This document shows positions 1 to 9,455 of a stretch of 64,000 nt of DNA, in pieces; position 1 is the stretch's first letter, and each line of letters begins with the position of its first letter. Source of the DNA: a virus; the IMG/VR virus record IMGVR_UViG_3300009159_000048, positions 30,242 to 94,241 of that record. One strand, written 5' to 3'. Made by a program: the position numbers and the translations under genes. Below the pieces are notes generated by a model, which worked only from the letters and a program-made list of their open reading frames with translations, ran no database searches and was not told the DNA's origin.

Positions 1-1199
1 ACTGGATCCTTTACCCAACCACCAGCAATTGTGGATTCTGCATCTCCTTTCTCATCTCTAAAAAGAACAATGTTATCCATCTCACGGAATCTGTTTCTTA
101 AAACGCCTTCTGTAATAGCAAGTGAACCTAGGGCATTATTCATTTGTGAAACAACATCAACAATTCTAATACGAGCCAATGATGAAATCGCATAAATAAT
201 TGAAATGTAGTTACGAGATTCATGAATCTTTTGCACTAGAACCGAATCGACCGCGTTATAATACATAAAAGTCTCAAAATCATCTTCATAAAGTTTCTGT
301 AAAGATCCGTTATATTTAATCTTTTCAACACCAACAAGTTTACTAGCAACAAAGTCTAATGATGATGACTCTTTTACTTTAATAGAAGTATCACAGATTT
401 CATATAACTGCATGTAATCAAAAATCATTCTATGAGCAGGTACCTCAAATTCAGTAGACCATATTTTATTCATCTTTTTAGTTAAAGAAGAAACAGCAGG
501 ATCGATTTTATATTCTTTGCCATTAACCCATTTAGATATCTTTCTAGAACGATTTACTAAATATAACCAGTCATATTTAAGGAAGTTCCATCCAGTTAAA
601 ATAGGCATTTTAGGAATCATCTTATAAAAGAAAGAATACAACATATCAAATTCATCATCGTATTTGATGTATTTAAATTTGTACTCAGTGCCAAACTTCT
701 CAAAATACTTATTAGTATTTTTTGTGATTCTGTCTTGCATATCTTCTGGCATATCTTTCAACCCAAGAAGTATTATTTTATCATCATAAACAATAGAAAT
801 AGAAAGAACTTGTGTAGAAGCTCCTTCTTTTGTTACATTACCGTTTATGTCTTTTATATCAGCTGCTTCCGGAAAACCATCAACGATTTCCGTTTCAATA
901 TCTATAAAATATATCTTAGGTAAATTGAACTCAAAGATTTCATCTTTTTCATGCTCAGGTAAAGCATCTAAAAACTCATAAATTGCATATCTATCTGGGT
1001 GATTTACTTCAATCTGTTTAACCGACTTATCATCCCAAGAACGGAAAGTAGGATGTCTCTGAGGATCATTATCTTCACAGGAAACATATTTCATTGGATT
1101 ATCCCAAGAAAAATATTTTAATTTAATATCACCAGTTTTATCAACATAACTAACTACTAGTTTTTTACTATTCGATAAATATTGTGTTTCTACAAGCAT
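1..1199 (-). CDS. Family B DNA polymerase (T4 gp43-like), N-terminal/exonuclease part; runs off the window start
   Basis: Not in the ORF track. Manual translation from ATG at 1199 (MLVETQYLSNSKK...) is open to base 1 and contains ExoI FIDIETE, ExoII TGWNFLKYDW, ExoIII YNAVDS and the GGWVKDP segment that precedes the polymerase domain. Confidence 0.92.
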   Translation of the reverse strand, partial: MLVETQYLSNSKKLVVSYVDKTGDIKLKYFSWDNPMKYVSCEDNDPQRHPTFRSWDDKSVKQIEVNHPDRYAIYEFLDALPEHEKDEIFEFNLPKIYFIDIETEIVDGFPEAADIKDINGNVTKEGASTQVLSISIVYDDKIILLGLKDMPEDMQDRITKNTNKYFEKFGTEYKFKYIKYDDEFDMLYSFFYKMIPKMPILTGWNFLKYDWLYLVNRSRKISKWVNGKEYKIDPAVSSLTKKMNKIWSTEFEVPAHRMIFDYMQLYEICDTSIKVKESSSLDFVASKLVGVEKIKYNGSLQKLYEDDFETFMYYNAVDSVLVQKIHESRNYISIIYAISSLARIRIVDVVSQMNNALGSLAITEGVLRNRFREMDNIVLFRDEKGDAESTIAGGWVKDP

Positions 1200-1224
1200 T
1201 TTAATTTGTATTATTTTTATAAAT

Positions 1225-1251
1225 ATTATACAATTTAATGAGATTAAGTTT
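1225..1251 (-). promoter_or_regulatory. AAAC-N17-TATAAT putative phage promoter upstream of the DNA polymerase
   Basis: Minus strand reads AAAC TTAATCTCATTAAATTG TATAAT; the same architecture recurs at six other gene starts. Confidence 0.55.
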
Positions 1252-1287
1252 TTAATAGATACTCAATATTAAAAAAGTTATTATAAT

Positions 1288-1318
1288 TTTGATTATTAGA
1301 TAAAATAGCTTATCTTTG
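1288..1318 (+). promoter_or_regulatory. Bacteroidota housekeeping sigma promoter (-33 TTTG / -7 TAnnTTTG)
   Basis: TTTG at 1288-1291, 19-nt spacer, TATCTTTG at 1311-1318, upstream of ATG 1345. Confidence 0.8.
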
Positions 1319-1344
1319 TTAGACAATTAAAAAATCACTACGAC

Positions 1345-1665
1345 ATGAAAACACTTTTTGAAATCAAACAAAGTCTTTTAGAAAAAAATTACACAAAGAA
1401 AAATCTTAAAGTTAAGATTAATTTGGCTAAATTAGCAATCTTAATCACTTCTGAAATGACTATCACATTGATTACCACAATTCCATTTATTATTGGATTC
1501 TCATTTTTTGAATTCAATACACAAATTGCTATCATTTATGTAGTTGCTCACTTTTTATTTTATGCTCTTTACTTAAAGAAGTCATACAAAAAAGAATTAT
1601 TACCAACTCACTTAGAAGCTAAATTAGAACTTCAAGCTTTGAGAGAAATCAAATCTACCAAATAA
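1345..1665 (+). CDS. Hypothetical membrane protein (two hydrophobic segments), probable early gene
   Basis: 106-aa ORF bracketed by a host-type promoter and a terminator. Confidence 0.75.
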   Translation: MKTLFEIKQSLLEKNYTKKNLKVKINLAKLAILITSEMTITLITTIPFIIGFSFFEFNTQIAIIYVVAHFLFYALYLKKSYKKELLPTHLEAKLELQALREIKSTK

Positions 1666-1697
1666 AAAAAACCCCACTATAAATAGTGGGGTTTTTT
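1666..1697. terminator. Bidirectional intrinsic terminator
   Basis: AAAAAACCCCACTAT-AA-ATAGTGGGGTTTTTT between convergent genes. Confidence 0.85.
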
Positions 1698-1711
1698 AAT
1701 ATTAAAATTAA

Positions 1712-2275
1712 TTATAATTCACCAGATAACGAAGCACCAGTAGTAATTAAAATTGGACCAACTAAAACAGCTGTAATAACAGCAACAACAGGAACCCAAG
1801 CAACTGAATATAACATCACACCACCAATAGCACCTAACATACCATATCCTTGTAAACAAGCAACTCCCCATGTTAATAAACCAGCTAAAGAAGCACTTAA
1901 TCCCAAATATCTAATAACTCTACCAGTAATAAACTTCCAGTCAATTTCTTCATTTAATCGAAGACTTTCAGTGACTTCGTCTTGTACTTCTTTAAGAGCT
2001 TCAATAGTTTCTTGTGGATTACTTTTCATTTCTTCAAGTTTAGCTTTATCTTCAGCAGGTAGATCGCTAATTCTTTTTTGTAATTCTTTTAAGAATTCTT
2101 GAATTTTAGGGTCTTCTTTTCTACTTTCTAACTCGGATTTAATTTTTTCACCAACTTCTTGAGCAGCTTTATCTTTTAAGCCTGAAAAAAAGTTTTTAAT
2201 TTTTTGGTAAATATCACCAAAAAATCCTTCTTCTTCATTAATTGAGAAATTTTCAAAAGTTTTAACATATTTCAT
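1712..2275 (-). CDS. Hypothetical protein with MKYVKTFENF leader and C-terminal hydrophobic helices
   Basis: 187-aa ORF; TAATATATA motif upstream at 2301-2309. Confidence 0.8.
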   Translation of the reverse strand: MKYVKTFENFSINEEEGFFGDIYQKIKNFFSGLKDKAAQEVGEKIKSELESRKEDPKIQEFLKELQKRISDLPAEDKAKLEEMKSNPQETIEALKEVQDEVTESLRLNEEIDWKFITGRVIRYLGLSASLAGLLTWGVACLQGYGMLGAIGGVMLYSVAWVPVVAVITAVLVGPILITTGASLSGEL

Positions 2276-2341
2276 GTCTAATAGTTTAATTTTTATAATG
2301 TATATATTAGATTGAAAAAGTCATTTTTTATAATTAAGTTA

Positions 2342-2845
2342 TTAGAAAGTACAATCAAAGTAATCTAACGTGATATCATTTTTTTTATCAATAAATAATA
2401 GTTCTGTTCTACGCATTATCTGATACTCATAATGATAACCGGTTTTAAATAATGTTCTAATGAATGGAATCTCATCACTAAAATTAACTTTGGAACTGTC
2501 TATCATCAAACAAAGACATTTTTCGTCATCTTCAGAGTTATAACCAGTAATTTCACCTTCATAATCTCTATCCATGTTTTTCTTACCGAAACAAATAAAT
2601 TTAGTTTCTAATTCCTCGACTACATCTTCACTACGATTTGGTTTGTGACAAATAGTAATATCAGAACCTACTTCAACAGAAGGAGAATTTTCCGTCAAAT
2701 AAAGTCTAATCCAAAAATAAACTTTTTGTTCTTCTATTACTTTTGTAATAGACCCTTCTTCGTAATTCCAATCACTTGTAGTATCTATATCTTTAATAGA
2801 TTCTAATAACTGTTCTCTATAATCACCTTTAACTAACTGATTCAT
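2342..2845 (-). CDS. Hypothetical protein
   Basis: 167-aa ORF directly downstream of thyA on the same strand. Confidence 0.75.
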   Translation of the reverse strand: MNQLVKGDYREQLLESIKDIDTTSDWNYEEGSITKVIEEQKVYFWIRLYLTENSPSVEVGSDITICHKPNRSEDVVEELETKFICFGKKNMDRDYEGEITGYNSEDDEKCLCLMIDSSKVNFSDEIPFIRTLFKTGYHYEYQIMRRTELLFIDKKNDITLDYFDCTF

Positions 2846-2861
2846 ATATTTAATTTATTTT

Positions 2862-3959
2862 TTAATTTGATAATGGGAATTTAACCGTTTTAGAAGAGTT
2901 ATATCCCACAACTTTTATATCATCATACCTTAATTCATCAATAGAAGAATTTGATAATTCTAACTTTGGGAGCTTAAATGTCTCATTATTTAATTGTTCC
3001 TCAACTCCACTTACTTGATTCGAGTAGATATGACAATCACCTCCAGAAAAAATTAGTTGGTTTGGAATCATATTGACTTCTCTACATAGTAAGTGTAATA
3101 ACAAACCATAAGATGCAATATTATAAGGAATACCCAAAGGAACATCACAAGATCTCTGAGTCCATTTAAGACTTAACTTTCTTTTTGGAACATTAAGTTC
3201 ATCTAATCTATCACTACTCAAATCTTCAGCGTAGCTTATATGTTTATCTAACGAATCACACAAAAGTTTTTTTCTTTCTTCTAAATCAATTTCGGTTGTA
3301 TAACACTGAAAACCGTAATGACAAGGTGGAAGAACCATTTGGTCTAATTCACCTACATTCCAAGCTGAAACCATTAATCGTCTACTATCAGGATTTGTTT
3401 TAAGATCGTTGATTAGGTTTGCGATTTGGTCTATACTCGATTCATATACTCCAGGTTCAACAATCTTTTCAACTCGTGTAGTTTTTCTAACCCAACTTCT
3501 CCATTGCTTACCATACACTGGACCTAAATCACCCCACTTCTTAGCAAACTCCGTATCTGTTTTGATTTTGTTGATAAATTCTTCTTGTGTATATGCTCTA
3601 TTAGAAGAACCATTCATTCCATTAATAACAACATCTTCTTTTACATTATCTTTATTAGAAAACCTATCTCTAGTCTTTAAATAATTGGAGAAGCAGTCAC
3701 CATCCCAGATATGAACACCATTATCAACAAGATATTTAATGTTTGTATCTCCACGTAAAAACCAAATAAGTTCATGGAAAATTCCCTTAATAAACATTTT
3801 CTTCGATGTTAAAAGAGGAAATCCTTCAGACATATCAAATTTCATAGTATAATCAAAAACAGAAATAGTTCCTGTTCCTGTTCTATCTTTTTTTAACACA
3901 CCATTATCTAAAATGTATTTTAAGAATTTTAGATATTGTTTATCTACATTATTTTTCAT
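2862..3959 (-). CDS. thyA: Thymidylate synthase
   Basis: DRTGTGT, FPLLTSKK, ELIWFLRGDTN, GPVYGKQWR, catalytic LPPCH, QRSCDVPLGIPYNIASY, GDCHIY. Confidence 0.97.
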   Translation of the reverse strand: MKNNVDKQYLKFLKYILDNGVLKKDRTGTGTISVFDYTMKFDMSEGFPLLTSKKMFIKGIFHELIWFLRGDTNIKYLVDNGVHIWDGDCFSNYLKTRDRFSNKDNVKEDVVINGMNGSSNRAYTQEEFINKIKTDTEFAKKWGDLGPVYGKQWRSWVRKTTRVEKIVEPGVYESSIDQIANLINDLKTNPDSRRLMVSAWNVGELDQMVLPPCHYGFQCYTTEIDLEERKKLLCDSLDKHISYAEDLSSDRLDELNVPKRKLSLKWTQRSCDVPLGIPYNIASYGLLLHLLCREVNMIPNQLIFSGGDCHIYSNQVSGVEEQLNNETFKLPKLELSNSSIDELRYDDIKVVGYNSSKTVKFPLSN

Positions 3960-4407
3960 CCAATAATAAATTTATTTTTTTATCTCTTATTTTTTCTTTA
4001 AGCAATTCAGACACAGATGAAATTTGCAAAGGTTCTATGTCTAATTCTTTTGGCTTATTTAGAATTACAAACTCAGTAAATGTGAATAGTTTCTTCACCG
4101 GAATTTTAATAAGCTCTAAAATGCAATCTTTTGTTAAAAAGTCTATGTCATCCACTACTAAATAATCAAATCTTCCATCTTTAACCAATTCATCAATTAC
4201 CTGAATAGTCTTTTTATTATTATATTCTGTTGAATAAAGACTTTTAGTTGTATCAAATATTTTACCCATATAATCTACACTATCAGAACAACTAACAAAA
4301 CAAATTTTTGATCCAATAGAATTAAGATACTTAGCAAACTCGTAAATAAATATACTTTTACCTGAGTTTCTTTCTCCTTGAATCAATATCAAATCTTCAT
4401 CAAACAT
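3949..4407 (-). CDS. Small degenerate P-loop (RecA/KaiC-like) protein with C-terminal IRDKKINLLL tag
   Basis: Walker A-like GERNSGKS, Walker B-like YLVVDD; only 152 aa. Confidence 0.65.
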   Translation of the reverse strand: MFDEDLILIQGERNSGKSIFIYEFAKYLNSIGSKICFVSCSDSVDYMGKIFDTTKSLYSTEYNNKKTIQVIDELVKDGRFDYLVVDDIDFLTKDCILELIKIPVKKLFTFTEFVILNKPKELDIEPLQISSVSELLKEKIRDKKINLLLDEK

Positions 4408-5224
4408 TAAGACTTATATTAGACTTTGATAAATTAGTTTTATATGGACAACTATCTATCCATTTTTCTTGAAACCAAAATGTTCTACCAGTTGAATCTT
4501 TACAGGAAACTCCCTTTTGATAATAAACCCATTTTATAAATTCATCATAGTCGGTATCAAAAGGATTTTTCCAATCAGATAATTGACCACCGTTTAGATT
4601 ATAAGCCATAATCGGAATATCTCTACACATAGATAATATCTTATCATTATTTTCTATAACATCTCTAGCTTTTAAGAATGGATCGATATCTAAATAATAA
4701 AGTATTGTACTTCTTAAGTAATTACCTATACCATTAAAATACTTTTGATTTAACAGAACTTCACAAATTGGACCATCAAAATCTTTTCTGTGTAAATTAG
4801 ATTTGACATTCTCATAGAAATCTGAAAATTCCTTTGTAGGGTCTGGTCCTCTTTTAACACCAGTAAATTCACCAATTCTATATTTAGGACCCATATATGA
4901 TCCATAAAGAAGTAGTGAATAACCATCAGTTGAGTCTAATCTCATTCTAACAAATTTAGTATCACTCCAACTTTCGGTAGGCACCCACTTCCAGTTACCA
5001 GACATACCCATAAAAACTGAAATTTTATGAATTTCAGAATCATTATAAAATCTTAATTTTAGTTCTTTACCAAATGATTCAGCATCGATGTTAAAATTTT
5101 CTAATAAAGTGAATTGCTCAGGATTATTTCCTTTTAGAACGTGGTATGATTTGTTAAATGTTTTTCTTTTAGTATTATGATTGATATAATCAGCCATAAT
5201 TTTTAATTCTGGTCCTTCCGGCAT
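4400..5224 (-). CDS. Fpg/Nei-family DNA glycosylase, NEIL1-like
   Basis: N-terminal MPEGPE, GKEL, GMSG, H2TH LLNQKYFNGIGNYLR, C-terminal GRTFWFQ with no four-Cys zinc finger. Confidence 0.9.
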   Translation of the reverse strand: MPEGPELKIMADYINHNTKRKTFNKSYHVLKGNNPEQFTLLENFNIDAESFGKELKLRFYNDSEIHKISVFMGMSGNWKWVPTESWSDTKFVRMRLDSTDGYSLLLYGSYMGPKYRIGEFTGVKRGPDPTKEFSDFYENVKSNLHRKDFDGPICEVLLNQKYFNGIGNYLRSTILYYLDIDPFLKARDVIENNDKILSMCRDIPIMAYNLNGGQLSDWKNPFDTDYDEFIKWVYYQKGVSCKDSTGRTFWFQEKWIDSCPYKTNLSKSNISLNV

Positions 5225-5273
5225 ATCATTATTTTAATAATCATGATATGAATTAAATAATAAATTGTTTAGA

Positions 5274-5699
5274 TTATTTTAGACCTTTAAGACAAGCTAC
5301 TACATTTGATATAATGTAAGCAATAACAGCTACTTTCAACACAGTCATATTATCGACTCCAAAACCGAAATAACCTACTAATCCACCAATGAAGGTCACT
5401 ATACTTGCGATTCTTAGGTACTTACTTACTTTATCTACAACCGTATACCAATTTTTAGAAAACCATTCACCAAATCCCTCATCAACTCCTAAAAGTAACG
5501 ATTTAACCAACTCAGGATCTTGTAGATCATCAAAAGTAACACCATGGTCTTTTGCAAATTTCTCTAAATCTTGTTTTATTTTGTTTTTATCAACACCATC
5601 TAATAAGTTAAAATACTCAGATGTTTTATTTTCGATATTAGAAAGATCAGTAGTTGGAATTTCTTGATTATATGATTCAAATTTTGATAAATATTTCAT
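5274..5699 (-). CDS. Hypothetical protein with MKYLSKFESY leader and two C-terminal TM helices
   Basis: 141-aa ORF; architecture parallels 1712..2275. Confidence 0.8.
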   Translation of the reverse strand: MKYLSKFESYNQEIPTTDLSNIENKTSEYFNLLDGVDKNKIKQDLEKFAKDHGVTFDDLQDPELVKSLLLGVDEGFGEWFSKNWYTVVDKVSKYLRIASIVTFIGGLVGYFGFGVDNMTVLKVAVIAYIISNVVACLKGLK

Positions 5700-5714
5700 A
5701 AAAACAAATTTAAG

Positions 5715-5732
5715 TTTTAATATATATTAAAA
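5715..5732. promoter_or_regulatory. Palindromic bidirectional TAATATATA element (putative late promoter)
   Basis: Perfect palindrome TTTTAATATATATTAAAA between divergent genes 5699(-) and 5748(+). Confidence 0.65.
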
Positions 5733-5747
5733 TTTTAATTAAAAAAT

Positions 5748-6839
5748 ATGAAAAGACTAAATAGTTATCAAAAGTTTTTTGAACAAAAACAATTAGAATC
5801 AATTCTGGAAGAATTTGGTAGTATTTTAGAATCCGATGAAGCGGCTGCCGCGACCCCAAAAGAGTCTCAGTCAGAAAAAGAGATTTTAGAAGAAATGCCA
5901 GAAGACCAAAAAACTAAAATAGAAGATATTTTAGCTAAACACTTTCCGGAAAGCAAAGGAAAACTAGATGTTGATGATTTAACAAAAGGTGAAGGTGAGA
6001 AAAAAGAAGGTGAGAAAAAAGAAGGTGAAGAATCTGAGAAAACAAATGAAGGAGCTATTCTATTAGCTATCACAATAGCATCACTAATACCAGTGTGTAT
6101 GGAAGCAGTTGGAGGTTTATCTAATCTTCTAAAACAAAAGTTCTCAATAAATCTAGATGATAAACAAATAGCTAATCTAAAAAGAATGAATGATGCAATA
6201 GCAACATACAATAAAATATTATCAAAAGGTACTGGTAAGTTTTCAGGTAAAGAATATGATATGAAAACATTTTCAGAAATTTCTAACATATTATCTAAAG
6301 AATTAACGAATCCAGAATTAGCATTTGGTAAAGGATATGAAGATGACCATGGACATGGGTCAAAAACAAATGAAGAGGCTGAAGTAGCTACTGAAGAAAC
6401 AAAACCTGAAGGAGATGATACAGAGTCATCAGTCAATAAACTAAAAAGTGTTGAATCTCAAATTAAAAAAGAAATAGCTAAATTAAAAAAATTCAGAGAC
6501 AAAATCTTTGGAAGTAACTTTGGAAACTGGATGAAAGAAAAAGGACATGCTTTACATCACGCATACACAGCTCCAATAAGAGCCGTACTTTGGACTATAT
6601 CTAAAGCAACTAAAAGTTCAAGTAAATTGAGAGATGAAAAGTTTAGAGAAAAAGCGGCTAATGTTATCTATGCAATCACAATGGTTGGTTTAGCTGGATA
6701 TGGAATATGGGCGACACTTGGACATATGGCTGGTGTTGGTGAAGTAGCACAAATTGTACTAAAAGGATTAGAAAGTGGTGTAAACACAAAAGAACTAATA
6801 AAAACTGCACTTACAGCTCTTATGGGAGGAACAGCTTAA
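5748..6839 (+). CDS. Hypothetical protein with MKRLNSYQKFFE leader, acidic linkers and hydrophobic helices
   Basis: 363-aa ORF with EGEKK repeats and TNEG/TNEE sites. Confidence 0.8.
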   Translation: MKRLNSYQKFFEQKQLESILEEFGSILESDEAAAATPKESQSEKEILEEMPEDQKTKIEDILAKHFPESKGKLDVDDLTKGEGEKKEGEKKEGEESEKTNEGAILLAITIASLIPVCMEAVGGLSNLLKQKFSINLDDKQIANLKRMNDAIATYNKILSKGTGKFSGKEYDMKTFSEISNILSKELTNPELAFGKGYEDDHGHGSKTNEEAEVATEETKPEGDDTESSVNKLKSVESQIKKEIAKLKKFRDKIFGSNFGNWMKEKGHALHHAYTAPIRAVLWTISKATKSSSKLRDEKFREKAANVIYAITMVGLAGYGIWATLGHMAGVGEVAQIVLKGLESGVNTKELIKTALTALMGGTA

Positions 6840-6855
6840 TCTTTACAAAATATCT

Positions 6856-6893
6856 AATAAAAAAGTCTTATCATATGATAAGACTTTTTTATT
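6856..6893. terminator. Bidirectional terminator (perfect 38-bp palindrome)
   Basis: AATAAAAAAGTCTTATCAT|ATGATAAGACTTTTTTATT between convergent genes. Confidence 0.8.
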
Positions 6894-7243
6894 TAATTAC
6901 ATTTTATTTTAACCCACTTAACTAGTATATCTCCGTGACATGATTTACCACCACCTCCTAAATTTTTACACCAACATCCAAGAACTTTATCTTTTAATTC
7001 GTGTAAATCATTCATTAGGTCTTCATTAGAAAGTAAATACTGTTCATAAGCATCTACAATGACTTTTCTTGAAGTTCCTTCTGGAAAACTTTCACGTAAT
7101 TCTTTTGGATAAGCCCATTTATTGTATTTACCACCAGGTAGACGACCAATATAAATATCAAAATCTTCCTTCTTAAAATGAACTACTCTGACTTTATGTT
7201 CGTATTTAGGATTACCCTTGAAGCTATCAAAAAAATCATCCAT
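6893..7243 (-). CDS. DUF4326-family protein
   Basis: VVH...DIYIGR...KW...LGCWC...CHGDIL signature. Confidence 0.8.
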   Translation of the reverse strand: MDDFFDSFKGNPKYEHKVRVVHFKKEDFDIYIGRLPGGKYNKWAYPKELRESFPEGTSRKVIVDAYEQYLLSNEDLMNDLHELKDKVLGCWCKNLGGGGKSCHGDILVKWVKIKCN

Positions 7244-7246
7244 ATT

Positions 7247-7720
7247 TTACAGATTGAATCTTATACATTGGTCTAAAATATATTTAGAGTGTTCTAATTG
7301 TAAGTGAGTAGCCAAACCAATAGTAATGTGGTAACCAAAATAAGGGTCAGGATTTAATCCAATAACACTTCTGATATTTCTAGCATCATCACTATCAGCT
7401 TTTATCCACCAGTGACCTTTGTCATTAGCTCTAATGATAGCAGGATCATACATTACTGTAATTTCTTTACCATGAAAAAGTTCCCGAGCTTGTCTGTAAA
7501 GTTCATCACTTTCAAATTTATCATTGATAATAGTTAAGTGAGTTCCTCTAAGTGGTTTATTTAGTTTTAGATTAAATCTTTTTTCAAGAAACCAAGAGTA
7601 GTAAGCGAAAAGATCACAATCAAAGCGAACCATAGCAGTTCTCTTCCAAGAAGACTGAGATAAGTGCTTCTTAGTCACGTTAACTGGGTCAAATTCTAAT
7701 ATACCTTTCAATTCAAACAT
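7247..7720 (-). CDS. 2H phosphoesterase-family protein (Acb1/LigT-like fold)
   Basis: Two HxT motifs (GTHLTII, GYHITIG) about 70 aa apart. ATG at 7720 preferred over TTG 7726, which lies inside a TATATTTG -7 element (7724-7731). Confidence 0.7.
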   Translation of the reverse strand: MFELKGILEFDPVNVTKKHLSQSSWKRTAMVRFDCDLFAYYSWFLEKRFNLKLNKPLRGTHLTIINDKFESDELYRQARELFHGKEITVMYDPAIIRANDKGHWWIKADSDDARNIRSVIGLNPDPYFGYHITIGLATHLQLEHSKYILDQCIRFNL

Positions 7721-7757
7721 ATACAAATATAAGAAAAAAAATTTAATATATAAAATA

Positions 7758-8192
7758 ATGATACTAACAACATTGATAATAACTAATCTTCTTTGGATAA
7801 TATATTCAATTACTGAAGGAGTAAGAGAGGGTTTCTACTGGAATTATGAAAATAAAAGCAAAAGAGTTTGTGATTTTAACATAAATCCTGTTTTTAATTT
7901 ACAAAGAATTATAGTTCTTACACTTATGGGTGGATTTTTAGTTCACTCACTTGGATTGTTTTCATTACTTTCATTAGCATGTATGATATTAATGTTTAGT
8001 TTTTTTCACAATGGAACTTATTACTATACAAGAAATAAACTACAAAGTGGAGTTTATCCAAAAGGTTGGTTTGACGAATCAAAAAGTTTTCCACCATTTC
8101 ACACATCACTATACACATATAAGAAAAGAACAATTTCTTTAATATTAGGATTGGCAACTCAGATTTTTGTATATATATTCTTATTATCTTAA
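7758..8192 (+). CDS. Hypothetical multi-pass membrane protein
   Basis: 144-aa hydrophobic ORF; TAATATATA at 7744-7752. Confidence 0.75.
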   Translation: MILTTLIITNLLWIIYSITEGVREGFYWNYENKSKRVCDFNINPVFNLQRIIVLTLMGGFLVHSLGLFSLLSLACMILMFSFFHNGTYYYTRNKLQSGVYPKGWFDESKSFPPFHTSLYTYKKRTISLILGLATQIFVYIFLLS

Positions 8193-8194
8193 TT

Positions 8195-8350
8195 ATGAGC
8201 AAACAACAACAAAATAAAGAAAGAGTCAGAATCTCAAAAGAAAAATTCATCTACGAGTTCTGTAAACAACGAGGATGGAATCCTAAAGAACTGACCACAG
8301 GTCAAATGTTATTTATTATAACACAATCTGATTTTAAGAACATCAAGTAA
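8195..8350 (+). CDS. Small hypothetical protein (51 aa, MSKQQQNKERVRISKEKFIYEFCKQRGWNPKEL...)
   Basis: Manual translation, below the track cutoff; fills the gap between 8192 and 8351 almost exactly. Confidence 0.65.
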   Translation: MSKQQQNKERVRISKEKFIYEFCKQRGWNPKELTTGQMLFIITQSDFKNIK

Positions 8351-9439
8351 TTAACTGATTATAAAAATCTCCTCCATTGGAATTTGAGATAAATCCTCAA
8401 TGTAAGTAGATAAATCACCACGATTACCAATCATTTCTTCATGTCCACTTTGCTTAACACCATATAGTATATCACCATTCCAATTAACATCAGAATACTC
8501 AATTAATCCAAAATGTATCATCCAAGATCTAATCTGAGATTTTTCATCTTCAATTTGTCTATCAGAAATCAAAGCCTTTACAGTTTTATCGTTATACATA
8601 ACATATGTATAATTTGACTCAGTAAATCCAAGTGGATAAGCATCATCACCACCAGGAGCGTCAAAGTCAAAATCATCATCCTCATCGTAATAATCATATG
8701 ATAATTCTTGATTTCTTTTAATTGGAAGTGTTTCCCAGTCTATTTTACAAACAGCTTTACAAAGTTTTCGTAAGTGATTCAAATCTTGAAGTTCAGAATA
8801 ACCATGTTCACCATAATAACCAACAGAAATATTTGTACATTCTTGAACCGAACTCATAAACTGAGCAGAGTCGGTGTAAATACCAGTTGGGTCAGGTTTG
8901 TAATTAAATGTAGAGTCTACTGAATTTAATCTTTTTGACAACTCAACAGCGAAGTCATTTGAGCAACAAACTCCAGTCCATTGTTCAGTAATAACAGAAT
9001 CTGTACCTCGTCTATCAAATGAAACGACTTTTGTAATATTTTTTGATAATGGATTACCAGACCAAACTCTAGAAACTTGTTTCGATCCGACACAACCACA
9101 CTCTTCACCAATAAAAAAGTAATAAAGACCTGGAATACCTTTTTCAATCATATAAAGTATAACAGTCATACCTGCCTTATCATCAGCCGAAAGAACAGTA
9201 GTACCATCAGTAGTAACTAAATCTTTCTCCTTAAAAACGTGGTTTATTTTTGATTGTGTAGAACAAGCGGTGTCTAAGTGACAAGTAAACATTGTAGAAG
9301 GATTATCACCTATTAGAATATAATAGTTTCCGAATTCATCTTTTGTATATCCTTGTGGTAAATAACTCTCGAGTTGAGACTCGGTCCCGTGCGGGTATGT
9401 TTTTTTTGTTAATTGTAAAAATTTTCTCGTAATACGCAT
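8351..9439 (-). CDS. M28/M20-clan zinc peptidase
   Basis: CHLDT, SADDKAG, IGEECG, SFDRRG, YTDSA, EHGYSE metal-ligand motifs. Confidence 0.85.
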   Translation of the reverse strand: MRITRKFLQLTKKTYPHGTESQLESYLPQGYTKDEFGNYYILIGDNPSTMFTCHLDTACSTQSKINHVFKEKDLVTTDGTTVLSADDKAGMTVILYMIEKGIPGLYYFFIGEECGCVGSKQVSRVWSGNPLSKNITKVVSFDRRGTDSVITEQWTGVCCSNDFAVELSKRLNSVDSTFNYKPDPTGIYTDSAQFMSSVQECTNISVGYYGEHGYSELQDLNHLRKLCKAVCKIDWETLPIKRNQELSYDYYDEDDDFDFDAPGGDDAYPLGFTESNYTYVMYNDKTVKALISDRQIEDEKSQIRSWMIHFGLIEYSDVNWNGDILYGVKQSGHEEMIGNRGDLSTYIEDLSQIPMEEIFIIS

Positions 9440-9455
9440 GTTATATAGATTTAAG

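Noticed and set aside
2862-3959. Group I intron in thyA, as in T4 td
   Set aside because: The ORF is continuous; the extra segments are in-frame protein insertions.
735-6436. Track ORFs 735..923, 1686..2102, 3409..3684, 5389..5667 and 5867..6436
   Set aside because: Each lies antisense to a better-supported gene and has no recognisable motifs.
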